Shown here: one piece after another, positions 55,899 through 62,452 of the stretch
Position numbering within the stretch: the first letter of the stretch is position 1
Layout of the letters: each line of letters begins with the position of its first letter
From: a virus
Taxonomy: Duplodnaviria > Caudoviricetes
Reading direction: 5' to 3' (one strand)
Virus record (IMG/VR): IMGVR_UViG_3300033076_000975
Location: 1-62,452 of that record
Length of the DNA stretch: 62,452 bases
Notes under the pieces: model-generated
The model's database searches: none
The model's input: the letters and a program-made list of their open reading frames with translations, nothing else
What the model was told of the DNA's origin: nothing
Program-made: the position numbers and the translations under genes

Positions 55899-56147
55899 CT
55901 ACGAGGAAGTGGCGGAGGTCTCGGCGGCTTCGAGGCATCTCGGGCACAAGCGGTCCTTCGAGGCCCCGAGGGGGAGGTGGGGCGAGGCCCCGACCGTGAT
56001 TGAGACCGGGAAGCCCTCGACCCCGTCGTCGGGGAGGGGGGAGACGGTGTAATCGCGGACGAAGGTATGTCCGCAGGTGAAGGTCACGCGGTACTTATTG
56101 AACGTCGGGTTGGGGTGGGGCGTGATGCTGCGGATGACGGGGATCAT
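55899..56147 (-). CDS. small Zn-binding protein
   Basis: TCGH...LCPRC. Confidence 0.55.
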   Translation of the reverse strand: MIPVIRSITPHPNPTFNKYRVTFTCGHTFVRDYTVSPLPDDGVEGFPVSITVGASPHLPLGASKDRLCPRCLEAAETSATSS

Positions 56148-56577
56148 CGTGATCCTCCTTGAGGACGATGTGCTCGTACTTCGGGGTTCGCTTGATTTTC
56201 ACCACCTTGACTGGGACCCAGCGGCGGAGCTTTGGGTTGAAGTATACGCCCTTGGCGCGGGTATTGTCCAGCTTGGTTCGCCAGGAAGTTTTGGTCGGCT
56301 GGTAGTCGCTGTGAGGGTCGTCTCCATCCTGGGGATGCTCGACCAAGGGGATCTTCCCGGAGATGGCGGAAGAGAGGTCGGAGAGGGTGAAGGCCACGGG
56401 GGCGAAGCGAGGGGGGACGTGGAGGATCGAGTCCGTGAAGGTGTAGAGGCTCCCGTGGCGGGAGAGCTTGATCCAGACTTGCTTCCCCTTGAGGAGGCGG
56501 TGGGGATTCCAGCGAGGGGCCGTCTTCTCCGCCCAGCGTGGACGTAGTCCTAGGGCGGAGTGAAGGTGATAGGTCAT
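56095..56577 (-). CDS. hypothetical protein
   Basis: ORF in the operon with GAGG RBS. Confidence 0.55.
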   Translation of the reverse strand: MTYHLHSALGLRPRWAEKTAPRWNPHRLLKGKQVWIKLSRHGSLYTFTDSILHVPPRFAPVAFTLSDLSSAISGKIPLVEHPQDGDDPHSDYQPTKTSWRTKLDNTRAKGVYFNPKLRRWVPVKVVKIKRTPKYEHIVLKEDHDDPRHPQHHAPPQPDVQ

Positions 56578-56613
56578 GGCGCCCTCGCGGATCTCGGTTT
56601 TTTCTGGTGAATG

Positions 56614-56949
56614 CTATGGACGGCAGAGATAGAGGATGGCGTACCCGGCGAGGTCCATCATGGTATCGTCAATGGATTCCTGGACTTGGGCGTCGGAGTC
56701 GGAGTTCAGGAGGTTGCGTAGGCGTTCGATCTTGTCGCTCATGCGAACGAGGATCGAGGTTCCACAGCCGAGATCGGGGAGGAGAACGGGGGATTTGTGG
56801 GCCGAGCCTCCGTAGTCCGCGTTCTTGCGGAGAAGGGTGGCGACGATGGAGAGGCCGGTCTCCGCGATGCGTTGCTGGTCGCCGCCTCGGAGTTCTCGAA
56901 GGGCTTCTTGTAAGAGATTGAAATCATCGGTTGTGGAGTACTCGGACAT
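56614..56949 (-). CDS. nucleotide-modification-associated domain 1 (DUF1599-like, MazG-type fold)
   Basis: LRKNADYG...ILVRMSDKIERL...ESIDDTMMDLAGYAIL. Confidence 0.8.
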   Translation of the reverse strand: MSEYSTTDDFNLLQEALRELRGGDQQRIAETGLSIVATLLRKNADYGGSAHKSPVLLPDLGCGTSILVRMSDKIERLRNLLNSDSDAQVQESIDDTMMDLAGYAILYLCRP

Positions 56950-56965
56950 GGGAGAGGTCCTTGGG

Positions 56966-57157
56966 TTAGGAGAAGAAACGACGGAAGGCTTCGGTGGTCG
57001 GGAGCTTTCCCGATTCGAGGCCACGGATTCCCGAGCGGGTGTTTACCGCCCGGAAGTGTTTCAAGGTCGCGGCTTTGGATTTCCGGTAAGTGGGAATACC
57101 GCCCCGGTGGCGTTCGTTCCGCTTCAGGTAGTTCTTGACCTTGGGCTTGATGGTCAT
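56966..57157 (-). CDS. small highly basic protein
   Basis: 63 aa, K/R-rich. Confidence 0.6.
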   Translation of the reverse strand: MTIKPKVKNYLKRNERHRGGIPTYRKSKAATLKHFRAVNTRSGIRGLESGKLPTTEAFRRFFS

Positions 57158-57158
57158 G

Positions 57159-57353
57159 TCAATTTCCCTTATGACGGGCGATGCCGCCTTGGCGGGCGAT
57201 GGCGGAGCGTTCTTCCTTGGTAAGGGTAGCGGCTCGGGCCGGGCCTCCCTTGGCCCCGCCTTTGCTACCCAAGGCTACGGCCTGGGGGTTCTTGTGACGG
57301 ACTTTCTTGTGGTGCTGGAACCGGGTGGCTCCACGATTGCGGGGGGATGGCAT
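57159..57353 (-). CDS. small basic KGG-type / H1-like protein
   Basis: KNPQAVALGSKGGAKGGPARAATLTKEERSAIARQGG. Confidence 0.75.
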   Translation of the reverse strand: MPSPRNRGATRFQHHKKVRHKNPQAVALGSKGGAKGGPARAATLTKEERSAIARQGGIARHKGN

Positions 57354-57378
57354 GATTAGTACCTCTTTTACACCTCTC

Positions 57379-57573
57379 TTATTCGTGTGGACTACGTAAG
57401 CCTGACCGGACTTCTCCTCTAACCATAAAGGCCCTGGTTTTAGAGACTTTCCGGGCTTCTTTTAGTTTGTCCGCGAATTTTTTTCTGGTTTTAGCTTCGT
57501 AGCTACCCCTCTTTTCCCAAGGGTCAAGCCATCCGACGTTGTGTCTTTCGATCTTAGCTTTCTTCCGTGGCAT
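57379..57573 (-). CDS. small highly basic protein
   Basis: 64 aa, K/R-rich, AAGGA RBS. Confidence 0.6.
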   Translation of the reverse strand: MPRKKAKIERHNVGWLDPWEKRGSYEAKTRKKFADKLKEARKVSKTRAFMVRGEVRSGLRSPHE

Positions 57574-57584
57574 GGGTATTTCCT

Positions 57585-57812
57585 TTAGGCTCGGTCCTTC
57601 CGCCAGGACTTCAGGCGACCGGCGAAGCTCTTGCGAAGTTCGGGGCTATGGAGGGGGGAACCTTTGGAGGCTCGGAGATGCTTCACCGAGAAGCCACTCC
57701 GTCGCTTGGAGGACCAGGGGGTCTTGGAGGTGGTGGGGACCTTGAACTCCGAGGACAGGGAGGCCAAGCGTTGGTTGTTGCGACGTTGGACTTTGCGGAC
57801 GATGGAAGGCAT
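57585..57812 (-). CDS. small highly basic protein
   Basis: 75 aa, K/R/S-rich, GAGG RBS. Confidence 0.6.
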   Translation of the reverse strand: MPSIVRKVQRRNNQRLASLSSEFKVPTTSKTPWSSKRRSGFSVKHLRASKGSPLHSPELRKSFAGRLKSWRKDRA

Positions 57813-57820
57813 AAGAACCT

Positions 57821-58372
57821 CTATTTCAGAATGGTGCGACCGAGGACGGAGGCTCTGGTCTTGCCTCCATGGCGGGAGAGTTTTAGCAGGGTGGCCCGCT
57901 TCCCGGCGAGGTTGGCCTTCGCGGAGACGGGGGCGTATCCCCTTCCCTTGTAGGAGAGGGTGGGGGATAGGTGGCGGGAAAGGCCGGAGGTTCCGGAGCC
58001 GACTCGGGCGAAGGTGGGGAAGCCCGAGCCCTTGGCCACCGACTTCATGCCTTTGGCCTTGGAAGTGGCTCTGGTCCGACGGAGGGTATTCGCCACGGCG
58101 GTCCTGAAGCCTCCCTCGCCTTTCAAGTTGGTCTTCTTCGCGAGGTGGCCGTACATTCCCTTGACGCGGGAGTGGACGGACTCTTTGGCCGGGATGTGGG
58201 TATGGGAGGGGAGTCCTCGGGAGCGATTGCCCTGGAAGTCCTTCCCGGGGATCTTGCGGGGGGCTCTGGCCTTCCTGGCCGGGGCCTGGGTACGGACCCC
58301 GGGAGCCCAGGCGGCGGAGACCTTCTTCACGGCGGAGGCCGCTTTGCGGAGTTTCAGGCGGGCCTTGGCCAT
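57821..58372 (-). CDS. highly basic H1/protamine-like protein
   Basis: 183 aa rich in K/R/A/G with only ~3 acidic residues. Confidence 0.7.
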   Translation of the reverse strand: MAKARLKLRKAASAVKKVSAAWAPGVRTQAPARKARAPRKIPGKDFQGNRSRGLPSHTHIPAKESVHSRVKGMYGHLAKKTNLKGEGGFRTAVANTLRRTRATSKAKGMKSVAKGSGFPTFARVGSGTSGLSRHLSPTLSYKGRGYAPVSAKANLAGKRATLLKLSRHGGKTRASVLGRTILK

Positions 58373-58375
58373 GGT

Positions 58376-58528
58376 CTAGTCCTTTTCGGTTCGTTCGTGT
58401 TGGGAGTGGATCTGCTTCCCGAGGAGCTTTACGCCCTTGTGGTGGCGGAGGTGCTTCTTCGCCTGGGCGATGGTGTAGCGGGACTCTTCGTGGTGGATGA
58501 GTTTCCGCCTGGCCTGACGGATCTTCAT
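58376..58528 (-). CDS. small basic His-rich protein (50 aa)
   Basis: Hand translation MKIRQARRKLIHHEESRYTIAQAKKHLRHHKGVKLLGKQIHSQHERTEKD*; fills the gap between its neighbours. Confidence 0.55.
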   Translation of the reverse strand: MKIRQARRKLIHHEESRYTIAQAKKHLRHHKGVKLLGKQIHSQHERTEKD

Positions 58529-58532
58529 TGGT

Positions 58533-58670
58533 TCATCTCTTATCTTCGTGGATGCGGTTGATGACTTTCTTCCACGCCGACTTCAAGGTCTTTCCCTTGT
58601 AAGGGCTGGGTTGGCGGATGCCCTTGGTGAAATCCTTGAGGGCCACTTTCCGGGCGATGCGAGTCTTCAT
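58533..58670 (-). CDS. small basic protein (45 aa)
   Basis: GGAG RBS followed by MKTRIARKVALK... Confidence 0.55.
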   Translation of the reverse strand: MKTRIARKVALKDFTKGIRQPSPYKGKTLKSAWKKVINRIHEDKR

Positions 58671-58726
58671 GGCGTCTCCCACGGCGGGAGGGGTGAAGTG
58701 TGTCCCCCTCCCGCCTGGACTAGCGA

Positions 58727-59365
58727 TTACAGATCCGAGTAAATCGCACAAGCGTAGCGGAGGACGCCCGTGGCGGTCGCGTTGTTGCTATGGATCAGCA
58801 ACGGCTCGTTGGAGTTCAACGAGGATGCGATCCCCAAGTCGCCTTCGGACCCCGTCGTCGGGAAGTCTTCCGTGGTCGAAGCGACGGTCGTGATCTGGAT
58901 CGAAGGAATGCCAGCGGTACGAGCGACCTCGTACATGGCGTACACGTTCGCTCCCGAGGCCACGTCCTTCGCCAAGGTCCCCGTGATGGTGACGACCTTG
59001 GTGGTGGTGTTGATCGAGGAGATCAGGTAGGCGTTGTGCGAACCGTCGGTATTCTCGACCACAAGGTAATCGGAAGCCGCGAGGTTCTCGGGCAGGGAAG
59101 CCCCGTTGAGATCCTTGGCGGGGGCCACGTTCGCGATGGTGATGGTGGAGCCACCCGACGAGGACGCGGCGGTGGTTGTCGTGGTCCCCTGGCAGCGGAG
59201 GACGGACAGGGTATGGGCCGTCCCCGCTGTGGTGTACCGCATCAGGGACAGGACGGTGCGGCCGTTGGCCTTGGGGGGGATTACGCGAACGATGGCCGTC
59301 CCGAAGGCTTCGGTCGAACTGCCGAGTTGCCAGCGACCTTTGAGGGAACGTCGGTCGAATGCCAT
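58727..59365 (-). CDS. Thr/Ser-rich beta protein, possibly virion-associated
   Basis: 212 aa with GAGGA RBS; composition like fibre or decoration proteins. Confidence 0.65.
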   Translation of the reverse strand: MAFDRRSLKGRWQLGSSTEAFGTAIVRVIPPKANGRTVLSLMRYTTAGTAHTLSVLRCQGTTTTTAASSSGGSTITIANVAPAKDLNGASLPENLAASDYLVVENTDGSHNAYLISSINTTTKVVTITGTLAKDVASGANVYAMYEVARTAGIPSIQITTVASTTEDFPTTGSEGDLGIASSLNSNEPLLIHSNNATATGVLRYACAIYSDL

Positions 59366-59525
59366 GGAAGTATCCTCTCTTACCTGAGGTTGTTTCGAGA
59401 CGCTCTTGGCGGAGCAATCCCAGGCGACCCCCAGGCGACTAACCCGGTTCCAGGTGGCCTGGGGGTTAGTCTAGAGAGGATTATCTAAGGGGTCCAGGCC
59501 GAATCCTGGATTTTTCTGGCGAACG

Positions 59526-59975
59526 CTAACGACCTCGGCCTCGGACTTGGCGTCTCCGGTGACGACGGCCCCTGACGGACTTGAGTTTCTTCTTGGGGCC
59601 CCTGACGGACTTGAGTTTCTTCTTGGACTTTTTTCCCAGGCTTTCTCCCATGGATTTGTAGGCGGCGGAGATCCGGGTCTTCCAGTGTTTGCTTTTCCGA
59701 GCGTTCGGGTAAGCTCGATAGATCGCGGCTCGGAAGCGGCCTAGTTCCCGCTTGGACTTCGCGTTCTGGAATCCCTTGACGGCTCGGTCGAGGCCCCGGG
59801 CGTCTTTGGAGGACTTGGACTTCGGGGGACGTCCCACCTCGACCGAACTCTTCTGATTCTGGCCTTTTCGGACTGTTGGTTTACGTGTCTTCGTGGCCTT
59901 GGACTTGCCTCTGGCGGATTGGCCTCTCTTCTTTTGGGATCTTACCTTTGGGGCGTTGGATTGCTTGCGGGCCAT
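59526..59975 (-). CDS. extremely basic protamine/H1-like protein
   Basis: 149 aa, about one-third K/R; duplicated KKKLKSVRG (30-nt tandem repeat); ends RRHRRRQVRGRGR. Confidence 0.7.
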   Translation of the reverse strand: MARKQSNAPKVRSQKKRGQSARGKSKATKTRKPTVRKGQNQKSSVEVGRPPKSKSSKDARGLDRAVKGFQNAKSKRELGRFRAAIYRAYPNARKSKHWKTRISAAYKSMGESLGKKSKKKLKSVRGPKKKLKSVRGRRHRRRQVRGRGR

Positions 59976-59976
59976 G

Positions 59977-60111
59977 CTAAATCTCCGGGTAGTCGTCCTC
60001 GGGGGTGGAACCGTCCTTAGTGTACGTCGCTAAGAGGTACGTGACCATTAAGGCGAGGAGGATTCCAAAGAAGGCGGAGAGGACGGCGATGATGGTGAAG
60101 GTTACGGTCAT
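59977..60111 (-). CDS. small single-pass membrane protein
   Basis: MTVTFTIIAVLSAFFGILLALMVTYLLA; ATGA coupling. Confidence 0.55.
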   Translation of the reverse strand: MTVTFTIIAVLSAFFGILLALMVTYLLATYTKDGSTPEDDYPEI

Positions 60112-60359
60112 GACTTTCTCCGTTTGCAGGGTTTGTCTTCGTCTACCGTGACGAGGGCTCCGCTTCCGTAGGCGTTGAGGATGGTTTCCAAGATCGCCAT
60201 CAGGAGGCGGTCTTCCTCGGTGAGTTCGTCTTCGTCGGAGATTCGACAACAGATGACCCGGTCCTCGTCGTCGAGGAGGGTGAGGGAGTTGGCGCAATCC
60301 TCCTCGATGCGGACGGGGAAGGCGATGGAGACGCGGATTTCGTCGAAGTCATCGGGCAT
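60108..60359 (-). CDS. small acidic protein
   Basis: AGGAG RBS; follows the ParB fusion gene. Confidence 0.6.
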   Translation of the reverse strand: MPDDFDEIRVSIAFPVRIEEDCANSLTLLDDEDRVICCRISDEDELTEEDRLLMAILETILNAYGSGALVTVDEDKPCKRRKS

Positions 60360-60361
60360 GG

Positions 60362-61768
60362 CTACTCCTGGGGTTTCTTGCCGCCTCGGGATTTCTTCCC
60401 CTTCATGGATTCGCGGCGGAGTTCCATGAAGGAGGGGAGGTAGACGTAGCGTACCTTCCGGGAGATGGAGTGACGGGACTTTCCGAGGTGAACGGTTTCC
60501 GGGAGATAGCCCTCGAATTTAGCTTTGTGCTCCCGCCCGTAGACGATGACCACCTCTGGTTTCACGGTTTTTACTTGGTTCGATAACCAGACGCCAAACT
60601 CCTCGAAGGACCCTCCGCTTTGTTTGATGGTGCGGCATTGGCAAGCCACCACGGGTGGTCGGAGAGCGGCGAGGTTTTCCAGGGTAATGTCCACTGGTCC
60701 AGAGGATAGCCGGGGATTTTTCTGGCGAACGCTGAAGTTGGTGGTCTGGAGGATCGGGAGGACGCGGAAGCCGTGGGACTGCCAGTATCGGGCCACCCAC
60801 AGGGAACGGTAGGCCGCATACAGACGAAGGGGGAAGGGCCAGTCCTCGTAGTTGCTGAAGTCGGGTTGCGTGAGGGCGGTGAAGTTCCATTCCTGGAGTT
60901 CCTGGATGTAGTCCCCGGGGAAGTCATAGTAGCCTCGTAGGTGGTAGTCGTTGCAGAAGGTCCCAAGGATGCCCCCGGAGACCCCGGAGGCTTCCCGTTC
61001 CTTCCAGGGGGTGGCTGAAAGGCAATACCAGGAATGTTCGCTGACGGAGGAGGGGGAGCGGTCGTAGGTCTTGGTCGGGATTTGGTCCGGGGTAAGGAGG
61101 AGATCGGGGAGGAGGGTCGGGAGTTGGAAGGTATCATCCCCCTGGAAGAAGACGTCGTCGATGGCGACTTCCTCTTTTACCTCGGGTTCATCGTAGTCGT
61201 GGAGGTCTTCGGGCGGCTTCCGTTTTTTTCTGGCGGACATGCCCCCGAGGGGCAGGGGGGAGGCTTCGCGTTCGCCTTGTTCGACGGAGCGGGCGAAGTT
61301 GCCGATGGAGGTCTGGAGCTTCTCCAAGGTTTTCGCGTGCTCGGCTTTCAGGCCGGTCACTCGTTTGGATTGCTCCGAGACCATGGCGTTCAAGGATTTC
61401 AGGCGTTCATGGTCCACGCGGTACATGGACCCGATAGTATCAATGGACTGGAGGAGGAAGTTTTCCTCCTCTTCGGTCCAGCGACCTTTGGCGACGGGGA
61501 CTGCGGTGAGCCCCGCTTTGACGCACTTCGCTTTACGGCCATGGCCGTCGAGAAGGCGGTTGGTGTTTACATTGTAGAGGAGCGGGAGGACGAACCCCGC
61601 CCGTTGGATCGCGACGAGAGCCGCGTCCAACTGGGACTGGGGATGCGTCTTCCAGTTTCGAGGGTTGTCGCCCAGGGAACGGGGGTCCACGACCTCCAAG
61701 GATTCCCACCGCATGAGCTTCTGGAAAACCGGAGGCAGGGTGATTTTGGTGGTATCTTTTGGAGGCAT
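60362..61768 (-). CDS. ParB-N domain fused to DUF4417-like domain
   Basis: N-terminal NPRNWKTHP...GFVLPLL...LLDGHGR; C-terminal FCNDY...PDFSNYEDWP...YRSLWVARYWQSHGFRVLP. Confidence 0.8.
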   Translation of the reverse strand: MPPKDTTKITLPPVFQKLMRWESLEVVDPRSLGDNPRNWKTHPQSQLDAALVAIQRAGFVLPLLYNVNTNRLLDGHGRKAKCVKAGLTAVPVAKGRWTEEEENFLLQSIDTIGSMYRVDHERLKSLNAMVSEQSKRVTGLKAEHAKTLEKLQTSIGNFARSVEQGEREASPLPLGGMSARKKRKPPEDLHDYDEPEVKEEVAIDDVFFQGDDTFQLPTLLPDLLLTPDQIPTKTYDRSPSSVSEHSWYCLSATPWKEREASGVSGGILGTFCNDYHLRGYYDFPGDYIQELQEWNFTALTQPDFSNYEDWPFPLRLYAAYRSLWVARYWQSHGFRVLPILQTTNFSVRQKNPRLSSGPVDITLENLAALRPPVVACQCRTIKQSGGSFEEFGVWLSNQVKTVKPEVVIVYGREHKAKFEGYLPETVHLGKSRHSISRKVRYVYLPSFMELRRESMKGKKSRGGKKPQE

Positions 61769-61787
61769 GGGTATTTCCGGCGAATGG

Positions 61788-62414
61788 TTACGAGACGTTG
61801 TGCTCTTTGCAGAGTTTCAGGACTTCCTTGCCGGTTAGGCCCTTGGTGGACGGGGCGAACCCGAGGTAAGGGACCGGGGGATTGCCCTTGAGCATCCCGA
61901 AGCGGTACTCGTAGTCGGACTTCACGAGCCGGTTCTCGAATTTCACCCGTTCCAGCCACCACTTGAGGATGGAGTTGCGTTCCTTCTCCTTGAGGGCCTT
62001 CAAGGCGGGGGAGACGACCTTGATGGAGTTCATCCAGTTGTCGCCCTCGTCGATGTTCCCGATGTGGACGGGGGCGAGGTAGGCGTGGAGCTTGCCTTCG
62101 CCTTTGCCGTCCTTGTTCAAGGTGACACGGTCCCCGAGGAAGTGGGAGCCCATGGGGAGGCGGCACTGGAGTTCCATGGGGAGCTTCGGCTTCGCCTTGG
62201 ACTTCGTCTTCTTGCGGCGGATGAGGACGGGGGTGGGCTTGGCCTTCGGGTTGGATTTCGCGAGGGCTTCGTTCGCCAGAGAATCCACGGGAGGCTTGAC
62301 CTTTGTCTTCACCTTCTTAGCGGGGGGAACGACTTCGCCCTTCGCGGCCTTGGCGAACGTGGGAGTTAGCTCCGCATTCACGACTTTCTTCTTCGCTTTC
62401 TTCACGGTCTTCAT
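61788..62414 (-). CDS. hypothetical protein with Lys-rich N-terminus
   Basis: AGGAG RBS; K/P/A-rich first 75 aa followed by a globular region. Confidence 0.7.
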   Translation of the reverse strand: MKTVKKAKKKVVNAELTPTFAKAAKGEVVPPAKKVKTKVKPPVDSLANEALAKSNPKAKPTPVLIRRKKTKSKAKPKLPMELQCRLPMGSHFLGDRVTLNKDGKGEGKLHAYLAPVHIGNIDEGDNWMNSIKVVSPALKALKEKERNSILKWWLERVKFENRLVKSDYEYRFGMLKGNPPVPYLGFAPSTKGLTGKEVLKLCKEHNVS

Positions 62415-62452
62415 GGGATGCTCCTAGGGAGAGGGGAGAGAAACTTCAGTGT

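Larger units (their letters stand above)
2147..61238 (-). repeat. dispersed ~16-bp motif GCATTCGCCAGAAAAA, about 30 copies
   Basis: Exact 12-mer TTTTCTGGCGAA seen on + near 2148, 4092, 9088, 10965, 11622, 14920, 19666, 21504, 22267, 26508, 34085, 37099, 37664, 41182, 45008, 48830, 51771, 55884, 59511, 60717; reversed near 11492, 37796, 49780, 54482; near-matches near 7381, 19077, 30005, 38876, 54040, 56598, 61222, 62272. Confidence 0.95.

Noticed and set aside
2147-61238. Dispersed motif or cassette leaders as a CRISPR array
   Set aside because: Copies are hundreds to thousands of bases apart and separated by whole genes, not by 30-40 nt spacers; no cas operon.

Overview
The window looks like a complete, circularly assembled ~62.5-kb tailed dsDNA bacteriophage genome. 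The ORF running off position 1 reaches its stop at 62446-62448 if the two ends are joined. Most genes are on the minus strand. It contains: (i) a replication/recombination block (MCM-like AAA+ helicase, Zn-finger/TOPRIM primase, family-A DNA polymerase with non-canonical active-site residues, SSB-like protein, Sak4-like ATPase, PD-(D/E)XK exonuclease, family-4 UDG, resolvase-like nuclease); (ii) a morphogenesis block with Mu-like and lambda-like parts in scrambled order (TerL with a class-3-type intein, prohead protease, decoration protein, capsid, papain-like peptidase, neck/tail genes, -1 frameshifting tail chaperone, displaced portal, Cys-rich proteins, GT71-like glycosyltransferase); (iii) a short plus-strand operon; (iv) a repeat-rich ParB-like/tRNA-like region; (v) an array of early-gene cassettes with stereotyped promoter-hairpin-RBS leaders; and (vi) a cluster of tiny, extremely basic proteins next to a ParB-DUF4417 fusion. 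The strongest unexplained signal is a non-palindromic ~16-bp motif (GCATTCGCCAGAAAAA on the minus strand) present in about 30 mostly co-oriented copies, at gene junctions and inside genes in all reading frames. No integrase, CRISPR array or reverse transcriptase was seen. All protein calls come from motif recognition by eye, without database searches. The host is unknown; a Planctomycetota/PVC host is only a guess.
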